Source: Macrostomum lignano (taxonomy: Eukaryota). From it: 64,000 nt of DNA. The notes under the pieces are model-generated. The model did no database searches. It was given only the letters and a program-made list of their open reading frames with translations, and was not told the DNA's origin. The first letter of the stretch is position 1. The number at the start of each line of letters is the position of its first letter. Below are positions 11,455 through 24,226 of this stretch, in pieces. Both the position numbers and the translations under genes were made by a program. The stretch spans positions 682,001 to 746,000 of the forward strand of contig NIVC01000029.1 of the NCBI GenBank assembly GCA_002269645.1, in the 5' to 3' direction.

Positions 11455-11871
11455 CCTGTGAGACAGGATTGTGTCACCTGTGAGACAGGATTGTGTCACC
11501 TGTGAGACAGGATTGTGTCACCTGTGAGACAGGATTGTGTCACAGCTGTGAGACAGGATTGTGTCACCTGTGAGACAGGATTGTGTCACCTGTGAGACAG
11601 GATTGTGTCACAGCTGTGAGACAGGATTGTGTCACCTGTGAGACAGGATTGTGTCACCTGTGAGACAGGATTGTGTCACCTGTGAGACAGGATTGTGTCA
11701 CAGCTGTGAGACAGGATTGTGTCACCTGTGAGACAGGATTGTGTCACCTGTGAGACAGGATTGTGTCACCTGTGAGACAGGATTGTGTCACAGCTGTGAG
11801 ACAGGATTGTGTCACCTGTGAGACAGGATTGTGTCACAGCTGTGAGACAGGATTGTGTCACCTGTGAGACA
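11455..11871. repeat. 22/24-bp minisatellite with internal palindromes
   Basis: CCTGTGAGACAGGATTGTGTCA; 24-bp variant contains palindrome TCACAGCTGTGA. Confidence 0.95.
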
Positions 11872-12212
11872 GAAAAGTTTCATATGTTAGACAAGAATAT
11901 TTAACCTGTTAGACAGCATGCAATGTGCCACCCATTGTACAGTTCTTTCAGTGCAGATGCTAACAATTTCTTGCAGTAAAATTTTACAATTCTGCAACGG
12001 ATGATATTAATTTTATTGTATTTACTCAATCAATAATGGACATTGCAAGGACAACTCTCACTACAAAAGCCTTCTTTGCCACTAAAAGCAAAGTCTGCTG
12101 CAAGTTTGCACGTGCACTTTAAGCCCTATGCAAACATTACAAAGCAAGTGGAAGAGCAGTTGCTACACCCAACAACGAGAACCCGACTACTAAGCTTCGC
12201 TTTAAAAATTCT

Positions 12213-12232
12213 CTTCCGGTTGCTATGGTGAC
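12213..12232 (-). promoter_or_regulatory. RFX X-box abutting an ETS-like site
   Basis: GTTGCTATGGTGAC at 12219-12232 (reverse GTCACCATAGCAAC, exact consensus), preceded by CTTCCG. Confidence 0.55.
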
Positions 12233-13115
12233 CGAAAATTCTTAATTCCAATCCTTCAGCCTTAGTCGCTAGGAGAGGGTGAAGAGAGGAGGAGTTTCTC
12301 TTTTTCTCTTCCCCATTCTCTCTTCCCACTCTTCCCAGGGAGCCATGGACTTCTACAAATCGAGTCTGGACTAGTCATTCAACTATAAGCAGAACTTTTC
12401 CAACAGGTTTTATTTTGTTATAGCACCAAGAAAAGTTGTTTAAATTGCTACGAAAATGAAAAGTTTTCTTAGAAAATATTCCTACGGTTTATTTTGATTT
12501 ATTTATTTCTTAAAAGTTGTTTAATTTATTATAAAGTAAATTATACTTTGAATTAGTTACAAGACTAGTTCAAGTATTTTAAAATTAAAATGATTATCTG
12601 ACTTTTAAGTTTCATCAGTCTTGTAGATAGAGATAAGCAATATTTAGTGCAACTTTCCAAATATTGAGGCCAAAAAAAGTTTACTAGAAGTGTGTTACCA
12701 ATCCAGATCGTTTCTAGCTTTAGTCATCCACGCTCCAGTCCACTTTCCATCCTCTTTAAGTTGGCTATAGCAAGCATTGAAAAGCCCTCAACAACAGTCG
12801 AGAGTTCCATTACAAGAGGTTGTTGCATTGCATGCTATGATACATAGTTCTATATGGCATCGTTTTTTGCCTGTAGCTAGCTATACGGACCTGCAATATT
12901 GTCGATCAATATGGATCAAATACAGTGTATCTACACGTCGTGCTTAATTCATACTTCATCTACACCCACACATTTATTACGGTACAAAGCGACATAAAGC
13001 TTCTCCGAGTCTTAACGACTTAAGGAAGTAAAAAGGTCGATGTAACAATGAAGGACGTACGAATTTGAAATTTAAAAAATGGAACCTGTTTTTATAACAA
13101 TTTTTAATATTTTTA

Positions 13116-13190
13116 GCACTGCGGGAATATCTCGGCGGGAAAAGCTCGGTGAGAAAATCTGGGCGGGCGAATCCTCTGGGCGCTCTCGTT
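13116..13190. mobile_element. Fragment of the foldback family seen at 17394-17870
   Basis: GCGGGAATATCTCGGCGGGAAAAGCTCGG subrepeats shared with that element. Confidence 0.5.
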
Positions 13191-13542
13191 TGACTTCGAG
13201 GCTGTCATGTCGCTGTATTGCGATACTTGAGCTGCTATGGTGACGGCGGACGGCATATCTGACTTGTTCGACACGTCATCAGGAGTTCTGCAGAGTGACA
13301 CGCTTGCGCCGTTCCTCTTCGTGCTTGCTGCTGGACTGGCCGGGTGCTTCGGACCGCACTCCCCTCGGCTGACGACGGCTTCCCGCTGCGCAGACGCATC
13401 GGTCGCCGCCACAGCAAAAAGCGCCTGAGCGTGCTTGGCTACGCCGACGACCTCGCCCTCCTGTCCTCGTCCGTTGAAGGCGCCCAGCGCCAGATCGACA
13501 GGCTGGTCTAGGTGGCATCGAGCGTCGGTCTGGTTGTCAACA
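13190..13542 (+). mobile_element. RTE-like LINE reverse transcriptase fragment, left part
   Basis: GVLQSDTLAPFLF and LGYADDLALLSSSVEGAQRQIDRLV*VASSVGLVVN (YADD motif); stops and frameshifts present. Confidence 0.9.
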
Positions 13543-15790
13543 TGTAGTGAGTTTCAAGTGTACTTGAATGCGCTAGGCACTTTGGTGCCATCGCCGCACC
13601 GCTGCACCATCTGACTGGCAAGGGCATCCCATTTGACAAGGGAATGCCAGACAGCCTTCGACGAGCTCAAAAGGTGCCTAATGAGTCCTCCGATCTTGGT
13701 GAATCCGGATTTCACCAAGGAGTTCTCTGTCTTCACGGATGCCAGTGGCAGCGGAGTCGGTGCAATTCGAGGCGGTGATCGAGTTCTCAAGCCGCGCATT
13801 TAATTCAGCTGAGAAGAAATACTCCGCAACAGAAAAGGAGTGCCTGGCCATCCTGCACGCATTCAAAGTTTTTCGTCACTATCTTCTCGGCAAGCACTTC
13901 ACGGTGCGCACGGATCACTGCCCGCTCACTACATCGATTCACAGAGAGTCGAAAGCTATGACAGGCTAGGACGATGACGTCTGATGCTCCAAGAGTTCGA
14001 CTTCACCGTCAAGTACCGAAGAGGCCTTGAGAACACAGATACTGACGCACTGTCCAGGCTGCACGGCTCAGAGGTCGGAGCTAAGCAGCTGACTCCGGAA
14101 ATCGACACCAAAGGGCTCAAAACTGCACAGCGGCAGGACCCGGAGCTCAGCCAGGTGATTCAGGCGATGGACAAGGATGCAAAAATTGCACCCAGATGGT
14201 GAGCAGGACCACTGCAGCAACTCGGCAGAATTTGGAAGAAGCTGAAGCTGGATGACGACGGTGTTCTACTGCGCAAGTTCAATGACCCGGACGGCCTGCG
14301 GGAGGTTCCAGTGGTGCCAGCACGGCTTCGACAGAAGTTCTTGATAAACGCTCACGTAGGTCTGGGAGGTCATTTCGGAGCCGAAATGCTACAGCACATT
14401 GAAACTGACGGCTTACTGACCGGCCCGGCATGGCTGAAGACATTGTGCAGCACAGGGTTGTTCTGTCTGTCGGACTCGCGGACCAACGCGCCGCTCGGAG
14501 AACTGCCAATCAGCTCGCCGTGGAATTCTGTGGCTATCGACATCGTCAAAGTGGCGCCATCATCGCGCGGCAACAAATACCTGCTGGTGGCTCAGGATCA
14601 ATTTTCCAAGTACCTGACGGCCGTAACGATTCCTGACCAGACTGCTGAGGCTCGCGCCTTTCTCTCCATCTGCTCTCAGGCTGAACTTCCCCGAGGCATC
14701 CACTCCGATCAAGGACCAAATTTCGAGAGTCAGCTTTTGCAAGACACTCTGCGAGGCCTGGGAGTCACGAAGACAAGAACAACAGCTTACAATCCCAAAG
14801 GCAACAGATTAGTAGAGTCTGGAAAAAGTCTGTGCTGCAGTTACTCAGGTGTTTCACCGAGCGAGAGAGCGAGTGGAAGGACAAGCTGCCACTGATCCTG
14901 CTGTTCTACAATTCCCGGGTGCACTGCTTAACACAGCTGCCGCCACTGAAGGTGTTCACCGAACATGATCCGAGTCTGCCGGTCATCAGCCAGCAGTCCA
15001 GGCGATTCTATGACGTGCGCACCTACGCCGACAAGCTCGAGGCCGACCTGCTGCGAATTCGAGAGTTTGTCGAGGAGCATCTGGTGCAGGCGGCTGGCGA
15101 GCAAAAGAGCAGCTAAGACAGGTCGACCGGACAGCTGCGCAGGTTCAGTCCTGGAGACGAGGTCCTGCTACGCATCGAGCTGAGGGTCTCCAAGCTGGCG
15201 CCGTACTGGGAGCCGGGCTGGCAGGGGCTATCGCAGCGGGATCCTGTAGTCAAAATTCGAAAAATCGAAAACGGCAGGACCGCAGGGTGAATGTGAATCG
15301 TCTGCGGCCGCGGATCCTGCCAGTCCCTGACGGAGAGCACTTCCTGCAGCCGCCATTTGCGCACGCAGCGCCCCCGAGACGCTACCCGGTGCGCAGAAGG
15401 ATGCAGGTGGATCGCTATGTGGCCGTTTGAATTTTTGATTGACTCAGTGACTGTTTTACTACTGTTTGGAATTATTTAAAAGCGAAAAATAATTTATACT
15501 AATATTTTTTCAAATATTTTACTGTCCTTTTGTTTCCTCGAGTTATTAGTTCGATTGTTATTGATCTCTTTGTAGGGAGGTTTGTAGTGATCGAGTTGCA
15601 AGTGTACTTTGTATGCGCTAGTCGCTAGAGCGGGGTTAAGGGTTGCTATTGTACAGCATGAACGTGCTTTCCACTCACCCTCTGTCTCTATCTTTTATAC
15701 CAGTTATGTTACAATCGTTGTATCGTATTTAACCTGCGTATGGATCTAATCGATCTAATTCTCAGACGTATCTCTCTGCCTTAGTCTACA
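13543..15790 (+). mobile_element. Internally deleted Ty3/Gypsy LTR retrotransposon inserted in the LINE
   Basis: ~35-bp 5' LTR stub; RT-thumb/RNase H (AFDELKRCLMSPPILVNPDFTKEFSVFTDASG, YSATEKECLAI); integrase (AIDIVK..., IHSDQGPNFES, TTAYNPKGN); PPT AGGGAGG; 3' LTR 15583-15790 with TGTAG...CTACA. Frameshifted. Confidence 0.92.
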
Positions 15791-16380
15791 GACCTCGCTG
15801 AAGACCGAGGTGCTGACTGTGCCGGCCGACATCCCAGCGGACCTGACGTGCCGCGGCGCAGACGAGCAGACGACCAGGCTCGCACGCTGCCAGCGGTTCA
15901 TCTACCTCGGCGGTCTGAAAGACCAGCGGCGCAGAGGACTTTCTTGGGCGTCCTTCCGTTCGATCCGGTCCGTCCTCCAGTCCGAAGCGCAATCCGACAG
16001 CCAGAGGGCAAGGCTGTGGCAGGCGGTGGTCGAAACCGTCCTGCTATGCAACGCCGAAATGTGGACGCTGACGGCTGCGCTGGAATGGCAGTTGATCTCG
16101 GCGCACTCAGGGCTGCTCCGTGTGGCCTTTCGAGCTGACGAGAGCGTTGAAACCGAGGCCCTGTACGATCGGGCCAAGCTGCAGCGCCCCGTCCATCATC
16201 CAGCGCTGGCGGCGACTTCAACTGGCGGGGCACGTGATCCGGACCGAGGGCTACTGCCCCCCAACCTGTTCAGGACGTTCTGCTGCTCACCTTGCAGAAC
16301 CCGTTTAGGCAGGGTCACACTCAAACCCGTCGATACGTGGACTGCGCCTCCTATGCGACGCTGGGGCGCCATGCTCTAAC
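15791..16380 (+). mobile_element. RTE-like LINE, right part (RT C-terminus)
   Basis: KTEVLTVP...FIYLGG...VETVLLCNAEMWTLTAALE continues directly from GLVVN at 13542. Confidence 0.88.
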
Positions 16381-16599
16381 TGTGACTTTGCATGTGAGGC
16401 TGCAGTCCTGTTGAAAGTCCTGTCAGTCCTGTTGTTGCTGTTGAAAAAGCTTCAAAATCGGCGTCAGAGTGAGCGTAATAAGAAAGGGTGTTAGACTGTT
16501 AGAAAAAAACGTCGATCAGGAAAAGCGTCAGCGTCAACCACTCCTTTCTGAGTGGTCAGAAAGAGAGTCAGGAAGAGCAGAGCAAAATAGAGAGTCAGA

Positions 16600-17090
16600 A
16601 ATTTTTTCAAAGTCTCCTGAATTCTGACGGCTCCTCCGATGCCTTCGCCACCGCCGTCGCATCTGCCGCCACGGTGATGCTGAAACGCACCCCCCACCGG
16701 CCTAGGGGCGATGTGGAACTCCGATCAACACATAAAGCTGGTGAGGAGGAGGCTGCAGAAGGACATCGCCTGTTTCGGTCACGACAGTCCTGCTGCCGAC
16801 GACCCAGCCGTGATAACCTCACCCGCCCCTACTCTGATCGCACGATCAGACACTTCGTCGAGGAGACTGTCCTGGAAATCAGGGACGCGGCTGACAACCG
16901 CAGGCACAGAGCCGCCTGGAGAGCCATCAACCTGACTGTCAAACCGAGGCAGTGCAGCTGTCGTCGGTGCCGACTCTGTCGAGGACAGGAAAGCTATAAG
17001 CTCGTGGAGCACTATACCGGCGTGTGCTCAACGCCCCTGCCCCAACCTTGGCGCTCCTGCCTGTGCCTGCAGTGAGGACTTCAACACCAG
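16600..17090 (+). mobile_element. Further LINE fragment (endonuclease-RT linker)
   Basis: GC-rich; DAADNRRHRAAWRAIN and LVEHYTG resemble the pre-RT region of RTE-type ORFs. Confidence 0.5.
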
Positions 17091-17393
17091 TAGTCCTATC
17101 AAGAACTATGAGCTAGGTTTGCAGCGCCCTCAAAAGCATGAAGCCTGCTGCTCCTGGCGTCGATGGAGTCCCTCTATAGCTAGGGTCCTCAGACTCCCAG
17201 AGCTCAACTCGACCATCACTACTTTGTACACAGCATAACTTTTTGTCTCCCAAACTAGAGGCCGGGATATGCGTGCAATTAAGTTTTAATGATTGAAATA
17301 GCAATAGCCAGGAAAAAAGTGAAAATGGTGCAAAGTAAGGCTGCTAAGCAGTCAAAAATTCAATAAAAATAATTATAGTTTTACTGTTTTTTC

Positions 17394-17870
17394 GGGTCCA
17401 TGAGAATTGCCCGCAGACGAATTGCCCGCCGAGATTTACCCGCAGGAGATTTGCCCGTGGAGATTTGCCCGCCGAGCTTTTCCCGCCGAGATTTGCCCGC
17501 ACCTTCCCAATGCTTATTACATGTAATAAATCTTAGTAAAGAGATTTACACGATCAAAACTTTTTGATAGTAACTGCATATCAAATGCGTATTTTTTGGG
17601 GGGCCGGGCAATACAGACAGAATCTAGCTGCCAAATGCGCTGCAATAAAAAAGCATTGCGGGCAAACCTCGGCGGGAAAAAACTCCGCGGGCAACTTGCT
17701 CGCGGGCAATCCACTTGCGGGCAAATTGCACTGCGGGTAAATCTCGGCGGGCAATTCTCGGCGGGAAAATCTCCACGGGCAATTCGCTCACAGGCAAAAT
17801 GCACTGCGGGCAAATCTCCTGCGGGCAAATCTCGGCGGGAAATTCGTCTGCTGGCATTTCTCGTGCTCCC
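17394..17870. mobile_element. Foldback non-autonomous DNA transposon with repetitive TIRs and 8-bp TSD
   Basis: TIR GGGTCCATGAGAATTGCCCGCAGACGAATTGCCCGCCGAGATTT vs right-arm reverse complement GGGAGCACGAGAAATGCCAGCAGACGAATTTCCCGCCGAGATTT; TSD GTTTTTTC at 17386-17393 and 17871-17878. Confidence 0.9.
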
Positions 17871-20800
17871 GTTTTTTCGGAAGACCGGGTTTTAGATTGG
17901 CATCGTGACAAAGGCCGGGTCTGTATAAAAGCAGGGCACCATTGGCACATTGGACACCCCTTATGTTAACAAAAATCGAGTTTTGATCGTTGTTTTGCTT
18001 GAATAAATATACTTTGGCTTTCGAATAAAAATGTAAATATTTATTTATAATTGCACTTTTTCATATACTTCTAACAACCATGAGATTGGTAGTATCAACA
18101 AGTTTTATTCTACATTTAAATTCATTTCTTATCTTGCTTTATTGTCGAACTACTTTCGGTACGTCATTTTCATTTACCTAGTTGGTGCACTTACAGAAAA
18201 CATAGAAACATTAAATGCCGTTTCTTGTCCTCAATAAACGTTGGAAAAAGTGAGCAGCAGACTAGTTGCAGAATTTTATTGCCGGACATGGCATATTTGA
18301 CTATTTGCAGCTGCTCTGGCTTGTTTACTGCCTTTCCATAAATCAACAGCAATGGTGAAAGTGAATCTAATCCTTCTCTCTCTCTCTCTCCCATAATGTT
18401 AATGTTTGATTTGCTGTTAATATGGATTTTTAAAATCCCCCGTGTCTTAAATAAAAAACGAATAATTTTTTAAGTTGTGATTTCCATCAAAATGCAATTA
18501 ATTAATGTTTTAAAAACATTTAAACTCAATAAATTATTTATTCTCTTATCAAATAGAATCCAACTCTAGAATCTTTTTCAAGGAAGGAATACTAACTATC
18601 CTTAATATTCAATATGCATGATAATAAAGCAGTGCATTACTTTTTCAATTTAGAGAATCTAACAAGGAAATAAATATAATTTAGTACAGTACCATTGTAA
18701 GCAAAAAACCATAAGTTTACAGGTACAATTTTTTGTAAAGATAGATACAGCGGAAAATTAAAATTTGACAAAAGAATACCACAAACACTAAAAATGGGGA
18801 GAAAAAGTATTACAAACATTGGCATTAATAAAAAAGTAATAAATATTGCAGCTGAGCAAATGAAATTAGCAATTAAACAATGCAATGAGTTAAATGATAA
18901 ATAACAAAGAAATGCTAAATAACATCTAGCAATGTATATTAAAGCAATTGAAGTGCACTCTGAGTTGAAAGGCTTACAACTCATAAAGTACAGTTTAAAT
19001 GCAATGTAACTTTTTATTTATTTGTAACTTTATAACAATAGAAATCATTACCATAAGCAATTGTATGAAAAGTTGCTATTAATAGTCTTATGTACTTTAT
19101 CTCTACTCTAAGAGCTAACTTTCTATAAATATATATGATTCCTTGTATAAAATTAGGGATTCTTTAAAAAATTCATGCTGCAATATGCATATATCACACT
19201 CTTGACCCAAGAAAATTATTGAAAGTGGTCAACCAATTAGCACAAAAAAATTATAGATGGCTGTAATGGTGCAAGTGGTGTTTCGGCACACCACTTAAAT
19301 TAAAGTTGAAATTTTTGGAGCAGTTACACTAAAGAAAATTATTATTTTATAAAATTAAGAGAGGCTAATAAAATTAGTAGGGCTTGAATTGAATAATATG
19401 CTGTGAAGACTCAAACTTGTAAGCCAAGAAGGCTAGAATTAGGGTTAGCAATTAGGCAATTAGGCGAACTATAGACATTAAGGAATGTGTAGGTATTAAA
19501 TAAATAAATCATGCAGGTGCTAATAGTAGCTTAAAACCTATCACTTGGTCCCTTAGAATGCCATAATTTTGGACATTAGAATTAAAATATAGTGTTTTAC
19601 TGATTGGGAACTTGTTCTTATTGGAAAACTTCTCATAAATATAGAAATATTAATATAAACAATACAAATAAATTTGCCTATTAAAACTTTGTGGCATTTG
19701 TAGGATTTTAGAAGAAGGAAGTATACCCTGCAACATACGTGCAGAATATTTATGTGCTAAAGGATTTAGGTCTGAAATAAATGACAATAAATGTTATGTG
19801 AAGATGGTTTATATGTTGTTTTTTCAAAGCGTCACATATAAACTTTCAGTAAAAAGACTTCTTGGTCTGTGAGGTAGATTTTTTACTTATATGCTTGCAT
19901 TTTTTAACTCATAATTTAAATGATTAGCACAATTTCTTAAATATCATGACTTGGCAAATTATTCATAATAATGTTTTCTTAAAAGGATTGTATATAAAGA
20001 AGAGACTGTAATTTGAACTTTCACTGAGTAGCTATTCCTTTTTTTGTTGGTTGAAATCATACAAAAAGTAATTGAACTAATAAAAGAAGAAGCTTGGAAA
20101 TTATTAATTTAATCATCATCTTACAAAGTAAAAAAAACTTTTTGGGTGCAATTTTTTCATCAAATAATCTGCCAATGTATTAACTTTTTTAATATAGAAA
20201 TACTTGCAATTTGGAATATCCAAAGTTCGTTCTTCATGAAGTAATCCTAACAAAATAAGTTGTGGTTTTTTGATAAGAGCAGAATGCTTCGTCATTTTAT
20301 TGAAAATTGAGTTCTGACTATTAGTTTGATCATTTCATATATCAGGCATATTTAGCATTAAATCGGTACGCCTGTAGTACAGAACCTTCGGGGTAGTAAA
20401 ATCACAGTGTAATAGCATTGCAAGCTGCAGTTTTTGCATGTGCGATTATTTTAAAAAATCGAATGCCAAATTAAACATGTACAAAAAACGATAATACAAA
20501 GAATATTTAACAAATCATCTATCACAAAAGCAAGGATGTCATTTCTATTATTATCAATTTTTTAAATTATTTAAAAGTATCTCCGCAAGTTTATTCTGCA
20601 TTTTCATATCTAATTTTGTTATAAAAAGGGGTGTCCAATGTGTCCAATGTGCCAGTGCCAGCTTTTATACACACCCACAAAGGCCCGTTGAGAAAGTTTG
20701 TAATTAAGTACTAAAACAAACTTTGCTTTTAGATAGATACATGTACTTGATTTTTTAAAATTTAACGTGGTAATCAGCTGTTGCTGTTATTTTTAATAGT

Positions 20801-20994
20801 ATATAAAATATTATATTATTTTATTTTTAAGCACGAGGGCTAAATGGGTGTATGTTTCAAAACAAAAAATCTGCGGAAATTTTCTCATGCTCAATGTCAT
20901 GTCGATAGATAGATAGCACTACGCTACTTGGGAGTTTTTGTTGGGTAGGTAAATTAGCTGAAGTGAAAGCGTGACATCTAAACATCAGTCTTTG

Positions 20995-21248
20995 GGCCTT
21001 TTCATATTGCTTGTTCTAGTTCTAGAACCAGATCCAATTTGTAAAGTATAACTTTTTGTCTCCTAAACTAGAAGGATGTAAGTGCTTTAAAGTTGTGATT
21101 ATTGAATGGCAATAGCCAAGAAGAAAGTAAAAAATTGTGCAAAGTGAAGCTGTAAGGCAGTCAAACATTCAGCAAAGTTAAATAGTTATACTGCTTTTTT
21201 TCTTGGAAGATCGGTTCTGGTTCTGGAATTGGTAATGTGAAAAGCCCC
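20995..21248. mobile_element. MITE; uninterrupted paralog of the element hosting the 17394 foldback
   Basis: Imperfect TIRs GGGCCTTTTCATATT / AATGTGAAAAGCCC; body aligns with ~17230-17915 minus the foldback; another TIR-like piece near 21568. Confidence 0.65.
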
Positions 21249-21812
21249 TTTGTTGCAGTGACAGGGAAGTCGATTAACCCATATATAGGGCTTATTAGTG
21301 AGTTTTAATCTCTCTAGTGTTATGCCATGCCATAGCTTTCTATTTATTATTTATTCAGCTAGGTGTGAAACTGTAATGGAAGTAAAAATCTTGAAAATAA
21401 TCTGATGATTGTTAGACCTATCTCTAGATGCTTGTTTAATGATTAACACTTGCATATTTTTTTCTCAAATGATGGCCTCATGAGGTAGGAATTGGACAAT
21501 ATCACATTTTCGAGACTTGAGATCTATGTAGGCTATGTTTAGGCCTAGGCTATGCTTTCGAAATATAGGCTTTTCATATTACCCATTCCAGAACCAGAAT
21601 CAGTTCAAATATATATTATATTGTCCATTCCATTTTCAGAACTGGTTCCAGAACCATGTTATGGTTTTGGAATTTGGATTTTGAGTAGGCCTAGGCCCAA
21701 TTTTTAAAATCCATTATCATGTTTACACTTATAATAAATTAAAATTTAAAATAAGGCCTAGCCCTAGGCTATATTTGAAATGACAAGCTTGCATGTACAG
21801 TAGCTATCCATT

Positions 21813-23288
21813 GGTATCCACGCTTTTTTGGTGCCTGTGCTTTTCAGTGCCAGGCGTTTTGGTGCCCTAGTTTGCTTCTTGGTGTCTCATTTTGCTTTTT
21901 GGTCCCAGCTTAACAAATATATGTAATGAAGCTGAAAGTCAATCATGTTATTCTAGATTCAATCAAAGGCAATTACTAATAATTTAACAAGTTTATTTTT
22001 TGTCTTCCAAAAAATTTTTTTTCATTAAATTTGTTTTAAAGAACAAATTGAAGATTGATTATAATTCAAAAAACACATAACAATCACAAAGACAGATGGC
22101 TCATTCCATATAAGATGGACATTTTTGGAAAATAGAAAAAAGTCAATATTTTTGCTTGCCATTGCCTTATCAGCCAATTTTTTTACCAAATGTTTTTTAT
22201 GTGTAATATCTACAATCTAAGAATAAATGAATGATAAAATGTTAGATTAGTATGCTATCAAGTGGCAAAAAGTCATTTTTGTAAAAATTTAAACATTTTT
22301 CTAAGCAAAAGACATCATTAAGTTTGTGTACCTTTTAAAAACAAATAGAAAGCTTTGGAAGGTTGAAACAAACTATAGATAAAAGTATAGTACTTGCATC
22401 ATCAGATAAAAGTATTGGTGACCAAATAATCTATTATATTTTTAATATATTGGTACCTCAAAGTTACTGAATTGACAGAAAAAAATATGTTACGACCATA
22501 ATGTTACGACCATAAGGCTGCCTTTTCTTTTGTATCTTTGTTGCCTTTTTGAGTTTATATATTCTACAAAAAGAGTATGATTACTAAAGATGTTCTTAGT
22601 CAAATTTTAAAAAATGTATTGCAAAATATCAAAAATAAAAATGTTATAAGACTTTTACCTTTTAGTTTCTATATGTCAAAAATCCTGTTGTTACGACCAT
22701 AAGTGCCATTCAAGGTTTAATAGCATCTATACGAATGATGATATCTACATGAAACTCTATAAAAATATTTTCGACAAAATTATCTTTCATTTAAAATATT
22801 GGTTTAGTATATTCTATTATTATATTTCATTTTATAAGTAAAAATAGCCTGTCATGTTACGACCATGCTTATATGGAATGAGCCAGATGATTTAAGTCAA
22901 ACATATCGTCTACTAATTGATATCATAACAAACATATCGTAATGATAAAATTAAGTCATAAAATTCCTAAAAGAACTGCTAATATCTGCTAGAAATTGTA
23001 GTATTGGTAAATACTCTACAAAGTGACTAGGCCCTACAGCTAGCTAAAAGTTGGATAGGTATGATCAAGTTGTTGTCTAGTTGAGCCCAAGCATTATGAA
23101 TACTTGTAAGCTATTAGCTTGGCATGTCTAGTAGGCTGCACGTTGCCTACGGTGCAATGTACCTTGTGAGACAAGCTTCGCTTGCAGAGATATTGAGGTG
23201 TCATATTTGGTTTGGCATTATATTCAAGTTTGGAACCGAAAAGCAAACTGGGGCATTGAAATGCCTGGCACCAAAATGCATGGAAACC
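21813..23288. mobile_element. Mutator-like non-autonomous element (9-bp TSD) carrying a nested element
   Basis: Imperfect TIRs GGTATCCACGCTTTTTTGGTGCC / GGCACCAAAATGCATGGAAACC; flanks CTATCCATT and CTATCCATC. Confidence 0.65.
22098..22884. mobile_element. ~790-bp non-autonomous DNA transposon
   Basis: Perfect TIR GGCTCATTCCATATAAG / CTTATATGGAATGAGCC; AGAT on both flanks; internal GTTACGACCAT motif four times. Confidence 0.8.
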
Positions 23289-23948
23289 CTATCCATCTAG
23301 TGTTTTAATTATGTGCATGGTGGCCACATTGTATATATAGTAAGTCATACTATTTGAATTAATTAATCTTTAAATTAATAACAAATAGCAATTAATTGAG
23401 GTCACATGGTGTATATGGAATAAAACATTATAAACAATGTCAATAAAGTAACATTTTTTAAACTTAGGTTTAGTTAGTAGCAGTCTATGGATTTGAGGGA
23501 AAAGGTCCAATTCACTAAGCCTATACTGTGGCCAACTGCTAGCTAAAAGCTTACCATGAAGGTTAGGCCCTATATAAATAAAATACTAGGTGGATAGTTG
23601 CCATGTATGCAATTGAAGCACTTGGTAGACAGCTACTATGCGCACACACAATTAAAACACTAGGTGGATAGCTACCGTGCATGTAAGCTCTTTATATTTA
23701 AAATTGTCAATTTTTATTGTTATTATGTTATTATTTTCTAATATATAATTTTTTTGTAATATCTAAGATAAAAAACAAAGTCAAAGAAAGACAAAATTAA
23801 ATTGTAAAGACAAGACATATAAAGTAGGGGTTAAAATCCTATTTCCATTATCTTACCAGAGTACTTATAGGCATGGCAGCCGTGTCTATAATATTTGAGC
23901 TTATAGACATGGCTTTAATCATCAATATAAAATGTGTGTTCTATAGCC

Positions 23949-24226
23949 TGATTGCAGCGCATGGGCATTTTGGCGGACGGCGTCCGGCGCGGATCTAATA
24001 CGGCGCGGCGCAGCGCGTACGACGTGCGGCAATTAGTACGGCGCGGCGCGGTACTAATTAGATGCCGAGGCATTTAGGCTTGATAAGACAGTCATAGTTA
24101 CTCCTGCCGTTTACCCAAAACTGCGTTAATTTTGCTTTAGGGTTTCTTTCACAGGTAAGTCATTTCACAGCGTGGCGCAGGTTGTGTAGGCGTCTGGCGT
24201 ACTTAAGCCATGCGCTGCAATAGGGT
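23949..24226. mobile_element. ~280-bp MITE; partial copies near 56985-57050 (+) and 62685-62770 (-)
   Basis: TIR ATTGCAGCGCATGG / CCATGCGCTGCAAT; shared core GAGGCATTT...GTCATAGTTACTCCTGCC. Confidence 0.75.

Noticed and set aside
1-11871. Arrays as CRISPR loci
   Set aside because: Units are head-to-tail with no unique spacers, no cas genes, eukaryotic context.
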